A stretch of 64,000 nt of DNA, from assembly GCA_964291235.2 (NCBI GenBank), contig OZ219816.1, positions 1,184,001 to 1,248,000 on the forward strand. The letters run 5' to 3'. This DNA is from Vicinamibacteria bacterium (GTDB lineage: Bacteria > Acidobacteriota > Vicinamibacteria > Marinacidobacterales > Marinacidobacteraceae). The translations under genes and the position numbers were made by a program. The notes below the pieces were generated by a model. The model did not search any database, had not been told where the DNA came from, and saw only the letters and a list, made by a program, of their open reading frames with translations. Shown here one piece after another: positions 1 through 9,485 of this stretch (its first letter is position 1; each line of letters begins with the position of its first letter).

Positions 1-236
1 AGCTCCCGCGGCAAGAGCAGGGCGAGATCGCCGGTCCCGCAACACAGATCGAGGATCCGGGAACCCGTCGGACAGTCCAGTTCCTTGAGAGCGGCGCGTC
101 GCCAGCCCTGGTCGAGTCCCACGCTGAGGATCCGGTTCATCCGGTCGTAGCGGGGCGCAACGGCTTCGAACATCCGCCGAATGGCCCCCGGCGTCTGGCG
201 CCGGATCGCGGGATCGTCGCTACCGCTGGTCATCAT
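1..236 (-). CDS. UbiE/MenG-family quinone biosynthesis methyltransferase (partial, runs off window start)
   Basis: Manual translation of the minus strand from ATG 236: ...MFEAVAPRYDRMNRILSVGLDQGWRRAA...RILDLCCGTGDLA. This is the UbiE/MenG N-terminus plus SAM motif I. Confidence 0.85.
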   Translation of the reverse strand, partial: MMTSGSDDPAIRRQTPGAIRRMFEAVAPRYDRMNRILSVGLDQGWRRAALKELDCPTGSRILDLCCGTGDLALLLPRE

Positions 237-496
237 CGGCGCGCGGGGGCAGGGGCGACGAACCTCCGCAAAATCCCGGTGGGCCGGCCCCGGGCTGCAC
301 AAGCGGATCGGCCCGGACGCATGATTCAGTGTAGCGAGCCCGTCCGGAAGCAAGCCGCCCTCCGAGACCCGGCCATCCGCCGGGCGAGCGGGGACCCGGG
401 ACGGACCGGATGAGGCGATATCTCCGCTGCCGGAGTGGGGCGGACTCGACAAGGGACCGGCATTTCATCCGCAGGTGACTCGCGGGGAAGACGATA

Positions 497-1030
497 ATGT
501 TCGGGACCTTGTCCCCGCTCTCCTTTCTCCTGCTGATGATCGGGCCGCTCGGCATGCAGGAGATGCTCATCATTCTGGTGGTGGCGTTGATCGTGTTCGG
601 CCCACGCAAGTTGCCGCAGATCGGGAAGACGCTCGGCAAGAGCATCGCGGAGTTTCGACGGACCAGCACCGAACTGCGGAGCACCCTGGAGCGGGAAGTC
701 CAGATGGAGGAGTTTCGGGCGGCGCGGACCGAGGTTTCCGACCTGAAGAAAGAGGTGACGAGCCTGGGCGGCGGACTCGATCCGGCGGCGGGCTCCGAGC
801 CGGAGGTGGCGAAGGCACCCCGGGGGGGAAACGCCGGCCCGGGCGCCTCCACGGAGGGGCCCGCCACGGGCGCTCCGGAATCTGCCGGGGCGAGCGGGAC
901 CGCGGAGAGTCCGGGGACGCCGGTTCCCGGCGCCGAGACACCCGCCGGGGAGACATCCTCCAGCACCAGCCCGCCGGACGGCGACGCCACTGGTGCGGCG
1001 CCGGAGTCCGCAGAGGACTCCGGGAAGTGA
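497..1030 (+). CDS. tatA: Twin-arginine translocase TatA/TatB-family subunit with long low-complexity C-tail
   Basis: GMQEMLIILVVALIVFGPRKLPQIGKTLGKSIAEFRR signature; directly upstream of tatC. The true start may be ~536. Confidence 0.85.
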   Translation: MFGTLSPLSFLLLMIGPLGMQEMLIILVVALIVFGPRKLPQIGKTLGKSIAEFRRTSTELRSTLEREVQMEEFRAARTEVSDLKKEVTSLGGGLDPAAGSEPEVAKAPRGGNAGPGASTEGPATGAPESAGASGTAESPGTPVPGAETPAGETSSSTSPPDGDATGAAPESAEDSGK

Positions 1031-1066
1031 CACAACGGGGTCGGTCCCACCGCTCTGCGACAGCCG

Positions 1067-1849
1067 GTGAGTGACGCTGACCGGACGGACGGCGCCGCAG
1101 GGCCGGCCGACCGGATGACCTTTCTCGAACACCTGGACGAACTGCGTCGTCGCCTGATCCGCGCGGCGATCGCGATTCTCGTCGCGTTCGTCGGATGTTT
1201 CTTCTTCTACGAGCAGATCTTCGATTTCCTGATGCAGCCGCTGCGGCAGGTTATCGAGCCGTTCGGGGGCGAGCTGATTGCGACGTCGCCGCCGGAGATC
1301 TTTGTCCTCGGGATCAAGATGAGCTTTCTGGTCGCGATCGTGGTTTCCACGCCCGCGTGGCTTGGCCAGGCCTGGGGCTTTATCGCTCCGGGTCTTTACC
1401 GCCACGAGCGCCACCTGGCGGTTCCGTTCATCCTGATCGGTTCCGTCTTCTTCGTGTCCGGGGCAGTTTTTTGCCACTACGTCCTCTTCCCGGTCGGCGT
1501 TGAGTTCCTTGGCACCTTCGGGGGCGGTGGAGAAGACATCGAGATCCGCTACCGGGTCTCCGAAGTGTTCAGCTTTTATGCCCGCCTGGTGCTGGTGACC
1601 GCGGTGATGTTCCAGATCCCGACGCTGGCGCTGCTGCTCTCCCGCATGGGGCTCATCACCCCGAGCTTCCTGGTGCGGTACTTCAAGTACTCCATTCTGC
1701 TGAGTTTCGTCTTCGCCGCACTCCTGACGCCGCCGGACCCTGCCACCCAGATCATTCTGGCGGGACCCATGATCGTCCTCTACACCCTGTCCATCGGAAT
1801 TGCGTGGATCGGGAACCGCATGCGCGGCCGCCAACGAGAGGAGGAGTGA
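1067..1849 (+). CDS. tatC: Twin-arginine translocase subunit TatC
   Basis: MTFLEHLDELRRRL, FIAPGLY, FQIP and LTPPDP motifs; about 6 TM helices. Confidence 0.97.
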   Translation: MSDADRTDGAAGPADRMTFLEHLDELRRRLIRAAIAILVAFVGCFFFYEQIFDFLMQPLRQVIEPFGGELIATSPPEIFVLGIKMSFLVAIVVSTPAWLGQAWGFIAPGLYRHERHLAVPFILIGSVFFVSGAVFCHYVLFPVGVEFLGTFGGGGEDIEIRYRVSEVFSFYARLVLVTAVMFQIPTLALLLSRMGLITPSFLVRYFKYSILLSFVFAALLTPPDPATQIILAGPMIVLYTLSIGIAWIGNRMRGRQREEE

Positions 1850-1880
1850 CGCGGGTCTCGGGGTAGCTCAGGCTGGCGGC

Positions 1881-2081
1881 CAGCAGCCGTGGACGAAGTC
1901 ACGCGGCATTGGAACGGCGATGCATCCCGGCCGAACCGGGGCGCTCCGCGCCCCTCATCGTTGCGTTTCGGTCGACATACACTCGGTATTCCTCCCTCAC
2001 GCGCCGCCCCCACCGGGAGACCGGGTCGGCCGGGCGCCTCGCCACTCTCGGCGCTCACGGGGGTTTCACCACAGACTGCTA
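1881..2081. mobile_element. MITE-like non-autonomous element, copy 1 (chimeric ends)
   Basis: Shares the core CTCATCGTTGCGTTTCG.TCGA.ATACACTCGGTATTCCTCCCTCACGCGCC with 7496-7717 and 25240-25424; imperfect terminal inverted repeats (TIRs) CAGCAGCCGTGG...CCACAGACTGCTA. Confidence 0.8.
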
Positions 2082-2091
2082 GGATCACGCC

Positions 2092-3768
2092 ATGAGGCTC
2101 CGGGCGCGGGTCATCCCCCTGTTGATGCCGCTCCTGGTGGGAGCGGCCATCTCGGCCACCATCCTGGGTGTTCAGCCGGCCCGCGGGGTTCCGCCCGCGG
2201 ACGGGCTGAAGACGCTGCTCCAGCGGCACTCGAATGTCATCCGGGAGATCGAGACGCGATACGTTCGGGAACTGGAGCCGGAAGCGCTCACCCGGGCGAC
2301 CGTGTCGGGAATGCTCGCTCGGCTCGATCCCCATTCGAACCTCTTCGTCCCGCGCAACTACCGCCAGATGCGCGAGCGCCAGCAGGGCGGGTACGTTGGC
2401 CTCGGGATTCGGGTGCAGCATCGGGGCGGCCTCTTGACGGTCGTTTCGCCCTTTGAAGGGACACCCGCCTACCGATTGGGAATTCGCGCCGGCGACGTGA
2501 TCTCCCGAATCGAGGGCGAGGATGCAACGCAGTATTCGATGGATGATGCGGTGAGCCTGCTCCGGGGTCCCCGGGGCACGCCGGTCAGCATCACCGTCAC
2601 GAGGCCCGGGTACGACGCGCCACTCGACTTCACCGTGATCCGGGACCGCATTCCGCTGAAGAGCGTGCCCTACTACTTCGTGCTCGACGAGCCCACCGGC
2701 TCCGAAAAAACCGGGTACGTCCGGGTGTCGGACTTCAACGAGAACACGGAAAGCGAATTGCGGGACGCCATCGTGGAACTGCGCCTCGGAGGGGCGACCC
2801 GGCTCCTCGTGGACCTTCGCCACAACCCCGGCGGGCTTCTCAACCAGGCGGTGGCCGTCTCCAACGTCTTCTTGAAGCAGCACCAGGAAGTCGTTTCCAT
2901 CCGCGGCCGGCATTCCGAGAACGACCAGGTCTTCTACGCCGAGAATCCCAGCCCCTACACCGACCTGCCGGTGATCGTTCTCGTGTCTCCCGAGAGCGCA
3001 TCCGCATCGGAGATCGTGGCGGGCGCCATTCAGGACCACGATCGCGGGCTCATCCTTGGCGAGAACACCTACGGCAAGGGGCTCGTCCAATCGGTCTTCC
3101 AACTGAAGTACGGCTACGCGCTCGGGCTTACCTCCGCGGAGTACTTCACCCCTAGTGGCCGCCGTCTCCAGCGGGACTACGACTCGGGAGACTTCCTTGA
3201 GTACTTCCAGGGCCGCGGGGAGCGCGACTCGAATGACGAGGCCGGGACGATCGTGCTGACGGGCCTGGGCAGGGAGATCCAGGGTGGCGGGGGGGTTGCG
3301 CCGGACATCGCGGTGCCGACCCCGGAACTCCCCGACGTCCTGGTGGATATCGCGCAGCACGGCGCCTTCTTCCGGTTCGCGACCCGTTTCGTTCCGGCTG
3401 GCGGTCGGGGCGCGGTGGACGGTGCGGGGACGAGGCCGGATGAGCTGGAGGCGCGAGGCGACCTGATCCGCGCCGTCGATCAGGATTTCCGCGTCGACGA
3501 GACGACGATCGGTGAGTTCTTCGAGTTCCTGGTCGAGGAGCGGATTCCGCATGATCGCGAGGGCCTCACAGAACACCGCGGCGCGCTGGCTCTTCGGATC
3601 GAAGGCGAGGTGTTCAGTCTTCTGTGGGGGCCGGCCGCCTCACGACAGGCGACCATGGATCGCGATCCGCAGATCGTGGCGGCTCTCGAGGCCATGCCGC
3701 GGGCAGCCCTGCTGCTGAACGATCCCGAGGCGTACCTCGCCGGCGCCACCGGCGGGGAGGGTCGCTGA
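2092..3768 (+). CDS. S41-family carboxyl-terminal processing protease (PDZ + protease)
   Basis: LDPHS, GLGI PDZ, DLRHNPGGLL, SASASEIVAGAIQD (catalytic Ser) and TYGKGLVQ (Lys) motifs; N-terminal signal. Confidence 0.95.
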   Translation: MRLRARVIPLLMPLLVGAAISATILGVQPARGVPPADGLKTLLQRHSNVIREIETRYVRELEPEALTRATVSGMLARLDPHSNLFVPRNYRQMRERQQGGYVGLGIRVQHRGGLLTVVSPFEGTPAYRLGIRAGDVISRIEGEDATQYSMDDAVSLLRGPRGTPVSITVTRPGYDAPLDFTVIRDRIPLKSVPYYFVLDEPTGSEKTGYVRVSDFNENTESELRDAIVELRLGGATRLLVDLRHNPGGLLNQAVAVSNVFLKQHQEVVSIRGRHSENDQVFYAENPSPYTDLPVIVLVSPESASASEIVAGAIQDHDRGLILGENTYGKGLVQSVFQLKYGYALGLTSAEYFTPSGRRLQRDYDSGDFLEYFQGRGERDSNDEAGTIVLTGLGREIQGGGGVAPDIAVPTPELPDVLVDIAQHGAFFRFATRFVPAGGRGAVDGAGTRPDELEARGDLIRAVDQDFRVDETTIGEFFEFLVEERIPHDREGLTEHRGALALRIEGEVFSLLWGPAASRQATMDRDPQIVAALEAMPRAALLLNDPEAYLAGATGGEGR

Positions 3769-5064
3769 GTGAGCTGGCGCCGCCCGCTTTGCGCGGCGAT
3801 TGTTGTTTCCCTTCTCGTCGGCTCGGCGACCCTGGGGTTCGCACAGTCGAGCGTTGAGGAGTTGGCGGCTCTCCTCGACAGCGCCGACGCGAGAACCCGC
3901 CGGGACGCGGCGCGAGATCTCGGCGAAGACGGGTCGGCCGAAGCGGTTGTTGCTCTGACGGAGGCGGTCGGCGACATCGATCGCAACGTTCGCCGCGTCG
4001 TGTTGGAAGGCTTGCTGTCGGTCCGGCGTCCCGACGCGGTTTCGGGACTGATCGGGTTCTTGTCGGATGAGGGTTCGGAAAACCGCCGGGACGCGATCGG
4101 TGGCCTGGTGGATATCCACGACCGGGAGGCGCCCCCGGGGCGCAGGGAACGGGCGATGGACTGGCTGCTCCGCCGAGAGCAGGACTTCGTACTGGATCCC
4201 CTCCGTCCGGTGGAACCTCGGGTCGTCCAGGCGCTCGCCCGGTCGCTCGAGGACGAAGACGATGACGTTCGGGAGCTTGCCGCGGAAGCGCTGGGCGCAC
4301 TCCGCGCGTCTTCGGAGGTGGGACCGCTGGCGACCGCCGCAACGGAGGATCCCGACGGCGACGTCCGGCGGGAAGCGGTGCGGGCCCTCGGAACGATCGG
4401 AACCGACGATGCGGGAGCGAGGCTGCTCCCGATGCTCGAGGTTCGCGAACTTCGCGAGGCGGCGATCCGCGCCCTCGGGCGTTTCGCCTACAGCCCGGCG
4501 ACGACCGCGTTGATCGGGATTTACGACGCCGATCCCGAGAGCGACGAGGCGCTCGCCGCGCTGGAGGCATTGGCCCGGATCGGCGCCGTCGAGGCGCGCG
4601 GCACCTTCTACCACGAGCTCAACAGCGACGATGCCCGAAGGCGTGAGTTCGCCGCGGAAGGCATTGGGAGGATCGGCGATCCAACGCTCCGTGACGGGAT
4701 GATCAAGGACTTCCTGCGCGAGGAGAATCGGCGCGTTCAGCTCGCGTTCTGCTTCGCGCTGGTCCGGATGGGCTTGCCCCCATTCGTGGACCGGGTCATC
4801 CTTTCGCTCCCGGATTCGCGAGTCGGGGAGGTGGCGCGGCAGTACGCTCTGGAACTTGGCCGCGATCACCTTCAGGAAATGCTCCCTTATCTCGAAGATC
4901 CCGACCGACGAGTTCGTCTCGAACTCATTTCTCTCCTGGAGCAACTGGGGGACGACGGCGCCATCCCCTCGCTTCAGGCGATCACCCAGAATTCGGATTC
5001 GGAAGTGGCGGATCGCGCGCGGCTCGCCGTGAGACGCTTGTCTCCATCCGGAGAGGGACGCTAG
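3769..5064 (+). CDS. Secreted HEAT-repeat protein
   Basis: Signal peptide; repeated VRxxAAxALG / D.D..VR motifs; abuts the protease stop codon. Confidence 0.85.
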   Translation: MSWRRPLCAAIVVSLLVGSATLGFAQSSVEELAALLDSADARTRRDAARDLGEDGSAEAVVALTEAVGDIDRNVRRVVLEGLLSVRRPDAVSGLIGFLSDEGSENRRDAIGGLVDIHDREAPPGRRERAMDWLLRREQDFVLDPLRPVEPRVVQALARSLEDEDDDVRELAAEALGALRASSEVGPLATAATEDPDGDVRREAVRALGTIGTDDAGARLLPMLEVRELREAAIRALGRFAYSPATTALIGIYDADPESDEALAALEALARIGAVEARGTFYHELNSDDARRREFAAEGIGRIGDPTLRDGMIKDFLREENRRVQLAFCFALVRMGLPPFVDRVILSLPDSRVGEVARQYALELGRDHLQEMLPYLEDPDRRVRLELISLLEQLGDDGAIPSLQAITQNSDSEVADRARLAVRRLSPSGEGR

Positions 5065-5068
5065 ACCG

Positions 5069-6601
5069 GTGGCGGTTCCAGCCTCTTCCCGGCGGGAGAA
5101 ATCCCAAGCCGGCCCGGGATCGCGTCGAGCCCGGTTGAAGAACGGGCGGAAGGGTGAGACGATCCGAGCCGTGCGTAGCGGCTTTTTCCCCACCTTTGCG
5201 CCCGACCGCCGGGTCCGGCGTCCGTTCCTGATCGGACTCTTCGTGCTCACCGTAGGCGGTAGCGGGGCCCTGGCGCCCACCGCCGCAGCCGAGCGGCCTT
5301 CCCGGAAGTCCGTCTGGCCCGAGGTTCAACGCGACGGCAAGTCACTTGTCATTGGCCGCTTCGTGGGCAAATTCGAGAGCCCCGATTTCCGTTCGCGCCG
5401 AATCGTGCTGCGCCATCGGGATACCGGCCGTAACGAAACCCTTTCGGTGGACGACGGGCTTGGCCTGATCAACGAATTGGTTCCGCCGGGCGTCTATGAC
5501 GTGGAGGCCATCGAGGCCGTCTATTTCCCGGACATCCGTCCCATGAATACCCGGCGCTTCCGCCCGATCCGCCAGCGCTTCACGGTCGCGCCCCGGGAAC
5601 ACGAGCGGGGGGAGACGCTGATTTCCGTCCCTGCCGACCGCCCGGTCTATATCGGCACGATACGCGCCGCCGCCGAGCGGCAGGGAATGGTGTACGAGGG
5701 GCAGAAACTCCGCGTTCTGGATGACTTCGACGTCGCGATGGAGCGCCTGGCGGTGGCCTATCCGGTGCTCGCCGCAAGTCTGAGCGAGCGAGCGGTCGTC
5801 CCGCAGCGACACTTCATGCTCCGTCCTACGGTTCCGGAACCGCCGCTGGAGATGATTGTCGGGATGGAGGATCCGATCCGGCAGGCGCGTCGCTACATCG
5901 AGGACGGGAAGTTCGAACAGGCGATCAACTGGCTCTCGACGTTCATGCCCGTGTCGGACGCGCAAAGGAACGATGTCCGACTGCTGATCGGCGAGTCGCA
6001 CCTCGGGTCACGGAACCTGGACCTCGCCATCGAAGAACTCGGTGAGGTGTTGCTTCAGAATCCGACGAACCTGCGGGCCCTGCGACTTCTTGCCCGCTCC
6101 CACTCTCTGAATGGAGACCTTGAGGACACCGAGAGCCTCTATCAGGCCTTGCTCGACCTCCGTCCGCGCGACGCGGAAGCCCATCTGCAACTCGGCTATC
6201 TCTACGCCCTCCGGTCGGACGGCGCGGGTGCGGAAGCAGCGTTCGAGGTGGCTTTCGAGACGGATTTCGACTACCTCATGCACGACCTGGCGCCGTTCCT
6301 GATGGCGGTTCGCGAACGTTCCAACAATCCGGGCATCCTCTACGAGCCGCCGATCCTCCGCAGCACGCCGGTGCCGATGGGAGGCAGCGGTGGATCGCGT
6401 CGCTCCTCGGAGCGAGATGGAATCATGGTGCTCATCGATCACCGCGGCCGGGTCAAATCAGCGCACTTCGCACCCGAGAGTTCGAACCGGGTCCACCAGA
6501 CCATGATGTCGCTGGTTCGTGGCCGTTACACGCCCGCCACGCTCAACGGAGTGGCCGTGCCCTCCATCATGGCTTTGGGCAACTTCGGGGCGGAGCGCTA
6601 A
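5069..6601 (+). CDS. TPR-containing exported protein with possible C-terminal TonB-C-like domain
   Basis: TPR-like helices (PRDAEAHLQLGYLY); C-terminus VLIDHRGRV...RYTPATLNGVAV. The real start is probably ~5171. Confidence 0.6.
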   Translation: MAVPASSRREKSQAGPGSRRARLKNGRKGETIRAVRSGFFPTFAPDRRVRRPFLIGLFVLTVGGSGALAPTAAAERPSRKSVWPEVQRDGKSLVIGRFVGKFESPDFRSRRIVLRHRDTGRNETLSVDDGLGLINELVPPGVYDVEAIEAVYFPDIRPMNTRRFRPIRQRFTVAPREHERGETLISVPADRPVYIGTIRAAAERQGMVYEGQKLRVLDDFDVAMERLAVAYPVLAASLSERAVVPQRHFMLRPTVPEPPLEMIVGMEDPIRQARRYIEDGKFEQAINWLSTFMPVSDAQRNDVRLLIGESHLGSRNLDLAIEELGEVLLQNPTNLRALRLLARSHSLNGDLEDTESLYQALLDLRPRDAEAHLQLGYLYALRSDGAGAEAAFEVAFETDFDYLMHDLAPFLMAVRERSNNPGILYEPPILRSTPVPMGGSGGSRRSSERDGIMVLIDHRGRVKSAHFAPESSNRVHQTMMSLVRGRYTPATLNGVAVPSIMALGNFGAER

Positions 6602-6714
6602 ACCCGGACCGCTCTCCCGGGCCGCCGCGCCCGTTTGTTGCTCCAGCGGTTACCGCGGGCGGTCGAATTCGCCCAGGCGCGAAAGGCTGTTCCGCCGAAC
6701 GGCGATTCGGGGAT

Positions 6715-7485
6715 TCAGGGTGAGTCGGCCGGCAGCGCCAGGACCCGGTCCACTTCGGCCTCGAGGACTGCGAAGGGTTGGTCGGTGCTCGGCGCCGGAT
6801 GAAGGAGACCGTTCCGGTCGATCAGGAAATTGGCCGGATAGCGCGCCGTCTCGGTGAAGATGCCGGGCATCACGCCGTTCTCGAGAGCACCGGGGAGCAA
6901 CAACGGATAGTCCACCGACAGGACATCGTTGCGAAAGCCCTGCTGGATGGACTCCTCCTCCGTGGAAACACCGTAAACCACCAGCCCCTCAGCCGCCCGT
7001 TCATTGGCCAGGCGGTCCAGTTCCGGCATTTCGGCACGGCACGGGGGACACCAGGTGGCCCAGATGTTCACGAGCACGACCGATCCACGGTGATCCGACA
7101 GGCGGTGGACTCTGCCGTCGAGGTCCTCGGCCACAAACTCGGGCGCGGCCACTCCAGAAAGGGCCAAATTGGCAGCCTGCCGGGCGCGGCGAACGGCGCC
7201 GCCGACGGGAGCAATGACCAGTCCGAGCGAAAGGAAGGCCACGGACGCCCCCAGCCAGCCGGTCCAGCGAAGTCCTCCGCCCCGATAGCCGAGCCAAGCG
7301 CGGCGGAGCGCGAAAGCGGGAGGCGCCAGCATGGCGAGCGCCACCGCACCCAGACGGAACAGGTAGTCCTCGTCCGGGTTCGAACTCAATCGGGTGAGCC
7401 CCAGATACACGCCGGCGCCAAGAACCGCGGAGAGGAAAGGCGCGAGAATCCCGGACCACAGAGGGGAACGCAGCGGGCTGGTCAT
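6715..7485 (-). CDS. Membrane-anchored TlpA/ResA-family thiol-disulfide oxidoreductase
   Basis: VLVNIWATWCPPCRAEMPEL thioredoxin motif after three TM segments. Confidence 0.9.
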   Translation of the reverse strand: MTSPLRSPLWSGILAPFLSAVLGAGVYLGLTRLSSNPDEDYLFRLGAVALAMLAPPAFALRRAWLGYRGGGLRWTGWLGASVAFLSLGLVIAPVGGAVRRARQAANLALSGVAAPEFVAEDLDGRVHRLSDHRGSVVLVNIWATWCPPCRAEMPELDRLANERAAEGLVVYGVSTEEESIQQGFRNDVLSVDYPLLLPGALENGVMPGIFTETARYPANFLIDRNGLLHPAPSTDQPFAVLEAEVDRVLALPADSP

Positions 7486-7495
7486 CGAGGCAGCC

Positions 7496-7717
7496 TAGCA
7501 GCCTGTGGACAAAGTCACGCGGCATCCGAACAGCGATGCATCCCGGCTGAACCGGGCCGCTGCGCGGACCCTCATCGTTGCGTTTCGATCGAAATACACT
7601 CGGTATTCCTCCCTCACGCGCCGCCCCCACCGGGAGAACTGGGTCAGCCGGACCCCCACCGGGAGAACTGGGCCTCACTGTTCTCGGTGCTCACGTCACT
7701 TTGTCCACAGGCTGCTA
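7496..7717. mobile_element. MITE-like element, copy 2, with perfect 20-bp terminal inverted repeats
   Basis: TAGCAGCCTGTGGACAAAGT (7496-7515) is the exact reverse complement of ACTTTGTCCACAGGCTGCTA (7698-7717); conserved core; no transposase ORF. Confidence 0.88.
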
Positions 7718-8731
7718 CCCGGAGCGGGCGGGGTCTTTCTGGTAGCGGGACCGGATCCCGGGAATGAGATAGCGGGAAAAAAGTGTTTCCGCGTCGTACA
7801 CGGGATCGAAACGGAAATCCCGTCGGGCGGCCGCATCGTCCACCGCGGCCGGCCAGCTCGCGACAATTCGGTCCCGGGCTTCGTCGCGTTCGAAAAAGAC
7901 CGCCAATTCCGGAAAGTCCCGGGTGACGCGGGCGATGATCTCGGCGGCCGACAGGCTCGGGCCGCCCAGGTTGTAGGCGGTCCGGGTCAGCGCGCTCTTC
8001 TCGCACGACGCCAGACGAAGGATCCCCTCCACGGCGTCCGGCATTGCGCAAAAGGGCAGGCGGGCGCCGGGTTTGACAAAGCACCCGTACGGCTCTCCGC
8101 GGGCCGCCGCGTGGATGAGTTCGGGCGCCCAGTCGCTCGTGCCCCCCTGGGGCAGGGTGTCCGAGGAGATGAGCCCCGGAAGCCGCACCGCCCGGAAGTC
8201 CAGACCGCTGCTCCGGCGTTCCACGGTGGCGCCCAGCCGCTCGACGTAGAGCTTTTGGGCGCCATAGAGCGTCGCCGGGTCGAGCCAGTCGTCCTCACCG
8301 ACGGGTCCCGCGGCGTCCTTCGCCTCTTGGGACGGGAGGCCGTACACCGCGATCGAACTCGGAAAGACGAAGCGGATCGGATCTCCAGGCGTCGCGAGGT
8401 CCGCGGCCATGGCGACGACACGGGCGGCGCCGTCCGCGTTGACCTGGTGGGCGAGCACCGGAACCGACTCCGCGCGGGTGGAGAGGATCGCGGCGAGGTG
8501 GAAAATCCTGGACGGCCGGTAGCGCTCCAGGAGCGTTTCCCAAAGCGCGGGATCGAGGATATTGCCCTCGAAATGCTCCCGGTGAATTTCGGGATCCGCC
8601 CCGGAAAGGGGTCGGAGGTCCACGGTAACCACCGGTTCGCTTCGACCTTCGACGAGGCGGTGCAGAAGAGCCTGTCCGATCTCGCCGGCGGCTCCGGTGA
8701 TCAGAGTTGCCGAAATTCGTCCGGTGCTCAC
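7715..8731 (-). CDS. NAD-dependent epimerase/dehydratase (L-threonine 3-dehydrogenase-like extended SDR)
   Basis: LITGAAGEIG Rossmann motif, FHLAAILS, YGAQK (YxxxK), GGTSDW. GTG start at 8731 overlaps the upstream stop. Confidence 0.85.
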   Translation of the reverse strand: MSTGRISATLITGAAGEIGQALLHRLVEGRSEPVVTVDLRPLSGADPEIHREHFEGNILDPALWETLLERYRPSRIFHLAAILSTRAESVPVLAHQVNADGAARVVAMAADLATPGDPIRFVFPSSIAVYGLPSQEAKDAAGPVGEDDWLDPATLYGAQKLYVERLGATVERRSSGLDFRAVRLPGLISSDTLPQGGTSDWAPELIHAAARGEPYGCFVKPGARLPFCAMPDAVEGILRLASCEKSALTRTAYNLGGPSLSAAEIIARVTRDFPELAVFFERDEARDRIVASWPAAVDDAAARRDFRFDPVYDAETLFSRYLIPGIRSRYQKDPARSG

Positions 8732-9480
8732 TTTGCGAAACCCGTGGCGGAAACGTGGTGGCCGAGTACGCGCAGCAGGAAGAACCGGATGTCGTGGATC
8801 TCCGGTTCCGACACCTGATGGGCCATCGGATACTCGTGGTACTCCACCGGCCAGCCCGCGCTTGCGAGGGTGCGCTGACTCATGGCGGCAAAATGGAGGG
8901 GGATCAGCGCATCGAAGGAACCATGGGCCTGGAAGATGGGCGTGGGCGGCTTCGGCGGAGGAGCGACTGAGTTGAACTCGGCGAGATAGGTGGAAAGGGC
9001 CAGGACTCCGGCAGCCCGAATCGGGGGCTCTCCCCCGGGGCCCGAACACGTCGCCGCCTGAAGAACCACCGCGCCGCCCTGCGAGAACCCCGCGAGCACC
9101 AGGCGTTCGGGGGGAATTCCCCGTGCCCGCTCGTGCTCCACCAGGGCCCGTACCCCGGCCACGGACTCGGCCAAGTGCTTTCGATTCACCCCCGCGTCAC
9201 GCCGCACGGACTCGATGTCGAACCAGGCACGCATCTCGGCGCCCCCGTTAATGGTCACCGGACGAACGGGCGCTTCCGGGAAGAGGAAACGGATTCCGAG
9301 CGAATCCGGCAGACGGAACGCGGGAACGATCGGCTCGAAGTCGTGTCCGTCGGCGCCGAGCCCGTGAAGCCAGATGACGGTGGCTCGATGCTCCCCCGCA
9401 GGCGGCAGTTCGACGATGCTCCACGGTGGGGTGGCATCCGCGAGAGGGCCACTGGGGGGCCGTGTGGCTGGCTCGGGCAC
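8728..9480 (-). CDS. Carboxylesterase/phospholipase (alpha/beta hydrolase, abhydrolase_2)
   Basis: WLHGLGADG, MRAWFDI, GFSQGG nucleophile elbow, HGSFD and MAHQV. Confidence 0.92.
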   Translation of the reverse strand: MPEPATRPPSGPLADATPPWSIVELPPAGEHRATVIWLHGLGADGHDFEPIVPAFRLPDSLGIRFLFPEAPVRPVTINGGAEMRAWFDIESVRRDAGVNRKHLAESVAGVRALVEHERARGIPPERLVLAGFSQGGAVVLQAATCSGPGGEPPIRAAGVLALSTYLAEFNSVAPPPKPPTPIFQAHGSFDALIPLHFAAMSQRTLASAGWPVEYHEYPMAHQVSEPEIHDIRFFLLRVLGHHVSATGFAK

Positions 9481-9485
9481 GCGGG

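Noticed and set aside
237-496. SRP RNA or other ncRNA (TCCGGAAGCAAGCC resembles the SRP GGAA loop)
   Set aside because: It lacks the CAGG...GGAA...AGCA symmetric loop and a convincing long stem. It is more simply a divergent promoter region; an Rfam scan would settle it.
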